Shown: piece after piece, positions 53,310 to 64,000 of the stretch
How the letters are laid out: each line of letters opens with the position of its first letter
How positions within the stretch are numbered: position 1 is the stretch's first letter
NCBI GenBank assembly: GCA_034780895.1
Contig: JAUZTB010000002.1
Coordinates: 84,185,880-84,249,879 of the forward strand
Reading direction: 5' to 3'
Length of the DNA: 64,000 bases
DNA from: Rhynchobatus australiae
Taxonomy: Eukaryota
Translations under genes and position numbers: made by a program
The notes under the pieces: model-generated
Databases searched by the model: none
What the model was told of the DNA's origin: nothing
Seen by the model: the letters and a program-made list of their open reading frames with translations, nothing else

Positions 53310-54280
53310 GTTCACAGGTGAGGTTCCCAATATTGTCATGTTGCTAGCCATGTGTCATCACGTTTTATTAGATTTTAATCTTTCAGTATTTGATCCCTTA
53401 CAAGTATTGTTTCTCTTGGATTTGTTGCACAATAAGGATTGTGTCCATTGTGCCACTTGATGGCTATAATCAGCAGACCACAGGAATACCTCTCTATAAT
53501 TATTATGCTCAGACTTGTATCCTTTCATGAAAATGGACACAATTACAACTTCCCTGCGATCTCCAAGTATGCTGTCCTCTTCCCACATGACAGAATGAAT
53601 TCATGCCAGTAGAACTTCTCTGCCTTGTAGGGATTTTGTCTGCTTCAGAGACCTTGTTTTCCAGCTGTTGTTTGGGTCTTTCTTGCGCTGGGGTAATACT
53701 GAGATTTTGGTGGATAATACATTGTAGGATAGAGTCAGGGATGTGCACATCAAAGAAAGCACCCTTGCTGAAGAAATTCTCAAACTGCTGTCTACCGCCT
53801 TGCAGTCCTGGAGCTTGCCTCCATTCTTGGCTGTAAGGTACTGATTGAAGTGACCTTTCTTTGCGGGATCTTCAAGTCTCTCTGTATTGTTTTTCTAGTA
53901 GCAGTGTTTTTCTTGCCATTGCTATTTTTGAGTCGGCTTGATGGAGCTAACAGAACAAATTAGGCAGTTGTTGATCTATCAGTCTCAGCTCCAAATATGG
54001 ACACCCTTCTGATTCCTTGCTCGGCTGATGATGTAGTTTAACTGATGCCAATGCCTTAAGCAACATTGCAGCCATGAGGCTTTGTACTTGTGTCTCTGAC
54101 AAAATAGTTTTGATTAGGACAAGACCACATTTCAAGCCATTCATTAGGAGATCCATTGGCTTCTCCTACTCTTTTCCTGTCGGTTGAACCTTTCCAGAGG
54201 TTTTAGTCCTTTCCATTTCTGGCAACAAAGGCAAATCAGCTCATTGCCCATTGGAATTGCCCAAGTCAAAGATTGCTGAA
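53310..54280 (-). mobile_element. Decayed RTE-clade LINE fragment
   Basis: Minus-strand WEEDSILGDRREVVIVSIFMKGYKSEHNNYREVFLWS resembles RTE WEEE.IP.D.RDA.IV.IFKKGD.S.C.NYRGISLLS. It is preceded by QLENKVSEADKIP (LKN.KA.G.D.IP-like). Outer limits are uncertain. Confidence 0.65.
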
Positions 54281-55284
54281 CATAGAACACTACAGCACAG
54301 CACAGTACAGGCCCTTCAGCCCACGATGTTGTGCCNNNNNNNNNNNNNNNNNNNNNNNNNNNNNNNNNNNNNNNNNNNNNNNNNNNNNNNNNNNNNNNNN
54401 NNNNNNNNNNNNNNNNNNNNNNNNATGCAGGTTCCTTGATGGAGTGTGCTATGGGGTCATTTTTATTTTTCTCACTGATCACTCAAATAACAAACTAGGT
54501 TCTCCTTGATGGCAAAACCATGTCATGATTGCAGCATCTGTTCCAGGTTGTCTTTACAGAAGAAAGTAGATCTGCACCTTGTCCCTCGAGCTGTCTCTCC
54601 CATCTGTCTTGTTTCATTTAGGATGGCAATGACAATGTTATTCTCTTATTTGTTATATACAGTATATGGCTGTAAATAAATGGGGAAATAGAAATGTTTG
54701 TTTATTTAAAATAGATAAATATTTTACATTAACAGTAACCAAATCCAGTTCTAGAATTCAATGCATCTGAAATGACCAGAGAGCGGGGCAAGAACCTCCA
54801 TATCCTTCCTGCTAGCCACTGTTCAGATAAACACCAGAGCTGACTGAACTTGCTTGGAGGGAAGAAGTCCAGGTGCTGTGTACATTGGAATATGGTGGTG
54901 ACTCACTGCCATGGTTGCTCAGTGAAGTGGCTTGGAATCGGGTAGATGGATACACAGGGGGATCAGAAAGTTGGCGGACCAACAAGTGTTCTGCTGAGCC
55001 AGTTGCCGTCCCACCCAAAATACAGACAAATGTTACTGTTTGGTGAAAATCAAAAAAAACTGCAGGTGCTAGAAACCTGAAATCAAAAGAGAAGTGCCCT
55101 CTGTCAGAACGTTTTATTACTGCTGTTTGGTGAAAAGGATGTTTTGTCTCAGTATTTGATATTAGATTACAAGAGGATGTCAATGTTTTCAGAAGTCCCC
55201 TGTAATACCTCGGAAATTACTAATGCAGTCAACTGTGTTTCCACTGGAACAAACAGTGGTAGGTTGCTGATCTCCTCCAGCCGG

Positions 55285-55590
55285 ATATGGACATCACTGG
55301 CAAGGCTAGCATTTATTATAGCCTTCAAACTGAACAGATAGTACATCGGTGGACACACACATGGATCAGACTAGGTAAAGACAGCAGATATTCTTCCCTG
55401 AAGGGCCTTGGTGAACCAGATGAGTTTTTATGAAATCCAGTCATTTCATAATTACCAGTCTTGTCTTTTAATTCCAATTAATTTTTTAATCCTTGAAATT
55501 TAAATTCTCCAGCTTCTGTAGCAGGATCCAAACTCATGACTATATCACTGAGTTCACTGATATCTGCTTGCCTGTAGCTTAACCACATTG
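55285..55590 (-). mobile_element. Dispersed tRNA-head SINE (decayed); related copies near 1170-1370, 11745-11960 and 32320-32440
   Basis: Shared blocks cagactaggtaaagacagcagat, ccttggtgaaccagatg, aaatttaaattctccagct and ggatttgaac/ggatccaaac (reverse B-box) recur in several places. Confidence 0.5.
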
Positions 55591-57070
55591 CTACTATATT
55601 TGTTCTCATATAATGATAGATCAATAGGGTTAGAGTGCAGGGGATAATTGGACTGAGAGTGAAAGCTCCATTGCTGGAGATTAAGGGGCTTAGACGTGAG
55701 AAGTGGTATGGTTTGGGGGAAGGTGGTGGGAAACAATTTTGACCTCCTGAGGGACTTCTTCACTCCTAGCAGGAATCAAGCACTCAATCAGCAATGTCAG
55801 ACCAGTTCAGGAAGAATTGCTGATGTAAGTTTGCATTCACAGCCTCTGACTCAGAGTTCAAAATGTTAAAAATTGACCACAATTGGTACAAGAGAAAACA
55901 AAAGCAAAAAGAAGCATGGAAAATTAAATCAAGCGCAAGCCAAGGGAGTGTTTTATATGTACAGTATGTGACAGTGAGTTTCATTATGCTTTACCGAGAA
56001 GACAGCAGGTAGAAGGAGGTTTAAGATTTAAAACACAATATAAGCCCTGGTGACATATGATAGTGCTGGTTTTGTTTCTCCCTGCTACTATTCAAAGGGT
56101 TGTTTATGATTGCATCTCTGTTACTGACTTAGAATTTCTGCTTCTGTTACGCACTGTAGCTTTGATATTNNNNNNNNNNNNNNNNNNNNNNNNNNNNNNN
56201 NNNNNNNNNNNNNNNNNNNNNNNNNNGGTTATGAGACTAGCACAGAGTTGTTGATAGGAATGTGAGGAGAATAACATGGGATTAGTGTTGGATAAGTGTA
56301 AATAGGTGGGCCTAGTGTCTTGTTTCTCTGCTGTGTGAGTCGATGATCTATGATCTCTTTAACATCCCACCTTTGGTATCAAAGACCCTAACTTCAGAAC
56401 TAGCTGCATCTCTGTGTAACATCCGTGGAAAGAGAAACAGTTAACATTTCAGACTCTTTGTTAGAAATGAGAAAGGGAATAGCAGGTTGTTCTAGATGGC
56501 AGTGAAAGTGGGATGTGGGGGGTGGAGGTAAAGGGTGGAACAAAGAGAATTTCTCTGATGGGTGAAATAAGTCAAGAGGGCATTAAGCTCCTTTGACTGT
56601 GTAATGTTGAAGGTCCAAACATGCCCAGCAGGCCAGAATGTACAAATAAAATGAAAAAGAGAAGGAGGATGGCAAGCAAAAACAGTCAGTCCTGATGCAA
56701 ATAGGAAGAAAGCAGATTATCTAAAGTTGGAGAATTCGATTATAGAGTCCTGCAGGCTGCAAACACCGGGTAACAAATGAGTTTTTGTTTCTTGAGCTTA
56801 CGTTGGGCCTCGTCATAAGAATGCAGGAGGTCACAGACAGAAAGAACAGAGTGGGTGTGGAATTGTGAATTAAAATGGCAGGCAACTGGAAGTTACTTGA
56901 CTTTCCATCTGCTTGCCTTTATATATTGGCCTTGGCACTGGGTCTTTTTCAAAATGATGCCATAGCATGATTTACAGCTGCCTGAGCCTTAGTTTGATGC
57001 CTCACCTGAGAAACATCACCGCTTTCAGCACTGCACAAGATTTTATGTCAAATATTGGAATGGGACTTGG

Positions 57071-57410
57071 AGTCATACAGCACGGAAACAGACCCTTCAG
57101 CCCAACTGGTCCATGCTGACCACAATTCCCATCTNNNNNNNNNNNNNNNNNNNNNNNNNNNNNNNNNNNNNNNNNNNNNNNNNNNNNNNNNNNNNNNNNN
57201 NNNNNNNNNNNAATGTTGTTAATATACCTGCCTCAACCACTTCCTCTGGCAGCTCATTCGATGTACTGACTGCCCTCTGGGTGAAAAAGTTGCCCCTCGG
57301 GTTCCTATTAAATCTCTCCCCTCGCACCCTAAACCCATGCCCTCTAGTTCTTGATTCCCCAACCCTGTGCACATTCACGCTATCTAGGCCCCTCATGATT
57401 TTATACACCA
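57071..57410 (-). mobile_element. CR1 LINE 3' fragment
   Basis: Minus ORF: VYKIMRGLDSVNV...ESRTRGHGFRVRGERFNRNPRGNFFTQRAV...NELPEEVVEAG. Confidence 0.88.
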
Positions 57411-58787
57411 AAATCTGATGGCTCAGAGGCAAGAGTACTGTTAATTGAGAGACATTTGACGCAACAGTGCCAGGCAATGTATGCAAAAATAGAAAATGCT
57501 CAGCAGGTCATAAATGCTGCCTAAAGTGCTGAGTGTTTTCAACATTTTCTGTTTTTGTTTCGGGTTTCTAGCAACTATATTTTCTTTTTATTTTCAGGCA
57601 GTTTATAGCTGATTTATTGCAGTTAAGAGGAAGTCTTTATAACTTTCTTTTCCTGTGTTGTTCATTGATGGAAATAGTTCACTTTTAATTCTGTAACCTC
57701 CATATGAAACATGCAGCCAGCTGAAGATGGGGCAGATTGTGCTGATTCAGCTATCGCTGATTTGTTGTGGTGAATTATGAATGGCCTCCATTCTTAGTCT
57801 TTTGCTACAGCCAAGAGGCTAAAAGAAAGAATTGTGTGGCAGCAGGTGTACGATAGCATCTGAACATCGGCCACCGTTTCCTCAAAATTCTTGATCGTAG
57901 GCCATGAAGTCAGCTTTCAGATCTCAGCTCAGAAAATCTTTCTGGCTTTGTTACTTGTGGGTGGTGCTTTTTCTCCAGTTTCATTTTTTTTTAAATCTCT
58001 GAAAACACTTGGGAAATCCTTATGGTTGATTTTTGAATACATTCATTAAACAGAATCTTTACTGTTTCAATTGGCAGTAGACTGAAGACTTTCAGACAAG
58101 TAGTTCCATGGTCAGCACATTAGAGTCAGTGAGATACAACGTGGAATTGGGCCCTTTGGCCCACAGAATGTGAAGTAAAATTGCTTGCAGAGCGTCAGGA
58201 GTAGTGCAATTATCATTTATGCCTGTCACCATCTTTGATTAAAAATAGATTGTTTCATGCATAAAGGAGCATCTCAAGCAATTAAGCTGAATACGATAAA
58301 AGCTAAAGATGCTTAATCAAATATGTCTTGGATGTCAGGAGTTCAAGCTGATGTTTTAGCTTTCTACACGAACAACATAGGCATTTTAATCTATAATGTA
58401 AGAAAAGATTTGCACATGTTGTACTTCACTTGTCATAAACCAAATCAGCTTGCACAGAATATGCCTTACAAATGCAGTTACATAGACATGTTAGACAGCT
58501 GTTTTGTGTATTGCAACATCTCACAAAAGGTATTAAGATGAATCAAAAACTTTTGTATGTGGTATGGAATTTATTCTAAGATTCCTTGCATGGTAATAAG
58601 ATGAAGGAGCCGATGAATTTAAAATAAACCCAGAGGGCACTGGAAATGCTCAGATTTTCAGCACCTGTAATCTTTTGATTCTCAATTCAAAAATGAATTT
58701 AGATCTTGCCTGACAAAAGTCCCTTATTTCTTTGAACCAAACAGTTTAATATATTGTGTCAGTTCTAATTGTGGTTTGATTTTCAGA

Positions 58788-59346
58788 TACCTTGTACAAA
58801 TGAACCTGGAATATTGTGTGCAGTTCTGGTTGCAATACTATAGGAAGGGTATGGTTAAGCTAGAGAGGGTACAGATCAAGTTCACAAGGATGTTGCTGTA
58901 ACTCGATGGCTTGAGTTATAAGGAGAGAGTGGATAGGCTGAGACTGTTTTTCCTGAAGTGTAAGGGGCTGAAGGGTGACCTTATAGGGGCTTATGAAAAT
59001 TGTGAGAGACATAGATAAGATGGATGAGCACGTTTTTTTTCCCCAAGGTAGGGCAGTCTAAAACTAAAGGACATAGGTTTAAGGTGAGAGGAGAAAGGAT
59101 TAAAGGAGATATGAGATGCAGGTTTTTCACATGATGCATGCTGGTGATATGGAATGAGCTCCCAGAAGAATTGGTAGAGGTGGGTACAATTAAAACACTT
59201 AAAAGACATTTGGACAGGTTCATGGATAGGAAAGGATTGGAGGGATATTGGCCAAATGCAGGCAAATGGGACAAACTCAGGAAGGCACCTTGGGCCACAG
59301 GGACAAGTTGGGCCGAAGGATCTGTGCTGTACGACTCTGTGATTCT
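58788..59346 (+). mobile_element. CR1 LINE 3' fragment
   Basis: ctggaatattgtgtgcagttctgg (LEYCVQFW) and ORF 59138-59359 WNELPEELVEVGTIKTLKRHLDRFMDRKGLEGY, followed by a CR1 tail. Confidence 0.88.
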
Positions 59347-60333
59347 AAAAAGCTTTTAGTTAAACTGGAGTCTACTTTAGATCATGAGGCTGTTAAGAAA
59401 ATGCTCTGACGCATGACCGAAGAGAAGCTGAGTGGAGGTGCTCGGGTTGATACTTGGACCTCCCTCAGCAAAGGTTGTTTTGACCACAAGTCTTTTGTTG
59501 AATTTGCTCCCACACTTAAAATAAGGAACTCGGTGGAAACAGAGGATGCCAGAATACCTCTGAAATTAATTGGCAATTGTTTAAGTTTAAAGTGTTGCAC
59601 ATTGGTCAAATTCAATGAGTCATGTTCATCATGAAGAAGCAATCTTCTGAAGCTGATAGGAGGCTGACAGAAATTGTCAGAGTGATGGGAGTCCACAAAC
59701 ATTGTGTAAAGATATATAGGGCACTAACCTTCAAGTACTCTGTGTAGGTATGGTCAACACAATACAAAAAAAAGACATGACATTAGATAAAAAGCTGCAT
59801 TTACAGAATCATCAATGTATACAACTAAACTGGAAATTAAATAGGAGGAGACAACAGGTCGGATGTAACTAGAGGCAGAAAGTTAAGGTTCAATTTTATC
59901 CTTTCATCAGGACTAGTTTTGAGGAATGGTCACTGAAACATTAATTCCTCCTTCCTCTCTCCACAGATGCTACCCCACCTGAATATTTTCAGAATTTGCT
60001 ATGTTAATTACAGAATATAGGCACTGAAAAAGACACAGAAAATGGCTATTGATTTTATTTAGATAAAAAGTAGTTAAGGAAGGACCTCGTTAAAATATGA
60101 AAAATTCACTGGCACTGATAGGTAAACATAGAATTATATCTATCTAAGCTTTTTTCCTGAGTAATCCAAAACTAACTCCATAGCATTCTACCTGATTCTG
60201 CTTCAAATATCTTTTTTGACTTTTCCTTATTAGTTGAACTGTTTGATACAACCGCTGTCAAAAAAAATTGTTTTTCCCCATAATCATTTCTGTAATCAAA
60301 TTCTCTTATTGGAATCTTCACATCTAAAGGAAA

Positions 60334-61245
60334 TAGAATCATACAACACGGAAACAGGCCCTTCAGCCCAACTGGTCCATGCCAACCAAGAGGCCCACCT
60401 AAGCTAGTCCGATTTGCCTGCGTTTGGCCCATGTACCTGTCCCAAGTGTCTTTAAATGGTATTAACGTACCTGCCTCAACCATTTCTAGGGTGTATATTC
60501 ACCCTATCTATGCCCCTCATGAATTTTTACACCTCGATCTGATCAGCCATCATTCTCCGATGCTCCAGTGAACAAAGTCCTAGCCTGCTCAACTTCTCTC
60601 TATGACTCGGTCCTTTGAGGCTTGGCAACATCCTCGTAAATCTTTTCAGCATAATGTCATGTTTCCTTTGGCAGGGTGACCAGAACTGAACACAATACTC
60701 CAAATGTGACCTTACCAACATCCTGTACAACTGCAACATAACGTTCTATCTTCTATACTCACTGCCCTGATTGATGAAGGCCGACATGCCAAAAGCCTTC
60801 TTTACCATGTCTACCTGTGATGCGACTTTCAGGGAACCATATACTTGTACTCCTGAGTCCCTCTGTTCTACAACATTCCCCAGGGCCCGATCATTCACTG
60901 TGAAAGTTCTACCCTGATATGTCTTCCCAAAATGTAACACCTCACATTTATCTGAATTAAACTCCATTTGCCATTCCTCGGCCCACTTTCCCAGCTGATC
61001 AAAATTCTGTAATTCTTGATAAACCTTCTTCACTGTCTGTTACACCACCTATTTTAGTGTCATCTGCAAACTTGCTAACCATGTCTTGTACATTCTCATA
61101 CAAATCGTTGATATAGATGACAAATAACAATGAGCCTAGCACTGACCCCTGAGGAACACCACTAGTCACAGACCTCCAGACTGAAAAACAACCTTCCACC
61201 ATCACCCTCTGCTTCCTACTGTCAAGCCAGTTATGTATCCAGTAA
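60334..61245 (-). mobile_element. CR1 LINE 3' portion including the RT core
   Basis: Minus-strand frameshifted ORFs SVTSGVPQGSVLGSLLFVIYINDL...SKFADDTKIGG, KWAEEWQMEFNSDKCEVLHFG and LVRSHLEYCVQFWSP, with the tail at 60334. Confidence 0.92.
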
Positions 61246-62322
61246 TCTTTCCCTGGTTTAATTGGGCCTTGTGCCTGTCTGTTATAGGAAAAGAATTGAT
61301 CTTTGTACCAATAAAATTGAATCTTCTGTCTTTCTTCGTTCTGAACAAGTAGTCTATCTTACTGAAGAATTGTGCAGCCCTTCTCATGGATTGGCCGAAC
61401 ACTAAATTGATACAGGAAATATCAAATCTGATGACTTCATTGCCAGTGTGAAATACATCTTCCTCTTTCCTACAGTTAGAGTGTTGTGATCTATCTGCAC
61501 AACAACCACTGCCAAGAGAGAGGTCTGTACATACTGCAATTTATTGAAATGAAAACACATGCGATGTCTATCTTGCGCATCTTAGCTACTGTGGTGCCTG
61601 TGGAATCTGTCAGCTCATAAATTCAGCCTTGTACTTCCTCCTGATTATTCCTAAATGATCTGGAGTGAATGAGATGACTAATCTTATCACGGCTGCAGAG
61701 TCCTTGAATTGGCTGGGAAAATGTGAGAACTCCTTTGTGGTTACTACAATTTGCAGTAAAAGGCAGCTTTAAGTACACTGCCCATTATAACAGCTGCATG
61801 CAACTAAATTCCAAGTAAATTTTGTAATTAGCTTATTACAAGCAAGTCTGAGTAAAGAACATTTGCTTCTGGATGGGGAGGCACTGTCTCCTGAACCCTG
61901 GCAATTAGCACTTTAGTACATGTTAGAAGTGGCACATTTGCTTAGTGAAGTACATTGGTAATGGCTATAGCTCTAACCTAGTAAGAGCGGTAGCAATCTG
62001 CGGGAGCAACTTAGTAGGTCGAGCAGCATCGTAGGGGGGGAAAGGAATTCTCGATGTTTCAGGTCAAAGCCCTGCATGAAATGAATCCACTCTAGTAGAC
62101 TAGATCTTTCCATTGCTGAATGTCTGTGTAGCAGATGATGGCATTGCTGCTGTCTGCCCATGTATCTTGTCTCATTCCTCTCCACACGATTCTCCACTCT
62201 TCCATACCAAACAAGGTCTTATGGTCTTATTTTGTGCAGAACTACCATCTGAAAACGTGGGTGCTGTCCTTCTACAATCCTCACATTTTTGGAAAGAAGC
62301 CATTGCTGTTTCCCAGCCATTA

Positions 62323-63505
62323 GAATCAGGTTTATTATCACTGACATATGTCATGAAATTTGTTGTTTTGCAGCAGCAGCAGTACAGTGCAAGACATAAA
62401 AATTACTATAAGTTACAAAAATAAATCAATAGAGGAATAACAAGGTTGGGTTCATGGACCATTCAAAATTTGATGGTGAAGGGGAATCGTTCAGGGGTTC
62501 CTGAATCATTTAGTTTGGGTCTTCAGGCTCCTGTACCTCCTCCCTGATGGTAGTAAGGTGAAAAGGGCATGTCCCAGATGGTGAAGGTCCTTAGAGATGG
62601 ATGCCGCCTTCTTGAAGCACTGCCTCTTGAAGATGTCCTCAGTGGTGGGGAGGATTGTGCTTATGATGGAGCTGGCTGAGTCCACAACTTCTGCGGCCTC
62701 TTTCAACCCTNNNNNNNNNNNNNNNNNNNNNNNNNNNNNNNNNNNNNNNNNNNNNNNNNNNNNNNNNNNNNNNNNNNNNNNNNNNNNNNNNNNNNNNNNN
62801 NNNNNNNNNNNNNNNNNNNNNNNNNNNNNNNNNNNNNNNNNNNNNNNNNNNNNNNNNNNNNNNNNNNNNNNNNNNNNNNNNNNNNNNNNNNNNNNNNNNN
62901 NNNNNNNNNNNNNNNNNNNNNNNNNNNNNNNNNNNNNNNNNNNNNNNNNNNNNNNNNNNNNNNNNNNNNNNNNNNNNNNNNNNNNNNNNNNNNNNNNNNN
63001 NNNNNNNNNNNNNNNNNNNNNNNNNNNNNNNNNNNNNNNNNNNNNNNNNNNNNNNNNNNNNNNNNNNNNNNNNNNNNNNNNNNNNNNNNNNNNNNNNNNN
63101 NNNNNNNNNNNNNNNNNNNNNNNNNNNNNNNNNNNNNNNNNNNNNNNNNNNNNNNNNNNNNNNNNNNNNNNNNNNNNNNNNNNNNNNNNNNNNNNNNNNN
63201 NNNNNNNNNNNNNNNNNNNNNNNNNNNNNNNNNNNNNNNNNNNNNNNNNNNNNNNNNNNNNNNNNNNNNNNNNNNNNNNNNNNNNNNNNNNNNNNNNNNN
63301 NNNNNNNNNNNNNNNNNNNNNNNNNNNNNNNNNNNNNNNNNNNNNNNNNNNNNNNNNNNNNNNNNNNNNNNNNNNNNNNNNNNNNNNNNNNNNNNNNNNN
63401 NNNNNNNNNNNNNNNNNNNNNNNNNNNNNNNNNNNNACGTATGTTTTGCTGTTGTCTAGGTGCTCCAAAGCCGAGTGGAGAGCCAGTGAGATTGTGTCCA
63501 CTGTA
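62323..63505 (-). mobile_element. Rex1/Babar-clade LINE (mostly inside an assembly gap)
   Basis: Minus-strand TVDTISLALHSALEHLDNSKTY before the gap and KAASISKDLHHLGHALFTLLPSGRRYRSLKT after it. The tail reverse complement is gaatcaggtttattatcactgacat. Confidence 0.85.
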
Positions 63506-63867
63506 GTATGCCACCTCTTCAGGCTGCAAAAGGGCTTTAAGTCCCACAGCAGTGCACTGGTTTGATTTCTTCCCAATGGATGATTTCCCAATCAGATCGA
63601 ATTCTCATGCTTAGATTGTGTCCCATTTATTGAATTTGGTCACATCAGGAGGTACAAAAATGCAGTGTCATTCTTCCATTTGAGACTTTCTCAAGAGGAA
63701 AATATTTCTTGCAGTTCATTATAATGAATTTATATTGTCTCACCAACCTCATTGGTGTTTTTTTTCTTAACAATTCATAGGAGTTAATGAATGAATCTTA
63801 ATGTAACCTATTTGAAAGCAAAGTTGACAGCTAAAATTGCTGACTGTGCATGTTTTGTCTGATTCAT

Positions 63868-63936
63868 GTGTTTAGTGAAAATTGATCCAGAAACAGATTA
63901 ATATTATTAGTTTCTGGATCAATTTTCACTAAACAC
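63868..63936. repeat. Perfect 27-bp inverted repeat with 15-nt AT-rich spacer
   Basis: gtgtttagtgaaaattgatccagaaac (63868-63894) and gtttctggatcaattttcactaaacac (63910-63936) are exact reverse complements. Confidence 0.95.
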
Positions 63937-64000
63937 GAGGAACAGGAATTGGTAGATTTAAAAAAAAAACACAGAACATTTGAAGAATTCAGCAGTCAAG

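Overview
AT-rich, repeat-dense eukaryotic genomic DNA from a gapped draft assembly. The repeat families (CR1, Rex1/Babar, RTE, Penelope-like, V-SINE/HE1-like and DeuSINE-like elements) suggest a cartilaginous fish; this is an inference. The window lies inside the + strand gene for mitochondrial ribosomal protein uS5m (MRPS5). Three consecutive coding exons are recognisable with canonical AG/GT boundaries and compatible phases (7480-7605, 8423-8656, 30404-30438). The next exon was not found, so the following intron is probably at least 33.5 kb. Everything else is intronic: decayed retroelements, simple repeats and N-gaps. There is no prokaryotic-type system, CRISPR array or intact transposon ORF, and I cannot support a wholly new biological system. 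The most interesting signals are: (1) dispersed, degenerate minimal hammerhead-ribozyme-like motifs in Penelope-like termini, including a possible CAGAUGA core variant; (2) a fold-back Penelope-derived insert nested in a SINE with a target-site duplication; (3) a perfect 27-bp inverted repeat near the window end; (4) a candidate 45-nt frame-preserving extra MRPS5 exon. Repeat family names come from motif recognition by eye, not database searches, and repeat boundaries are approximate.
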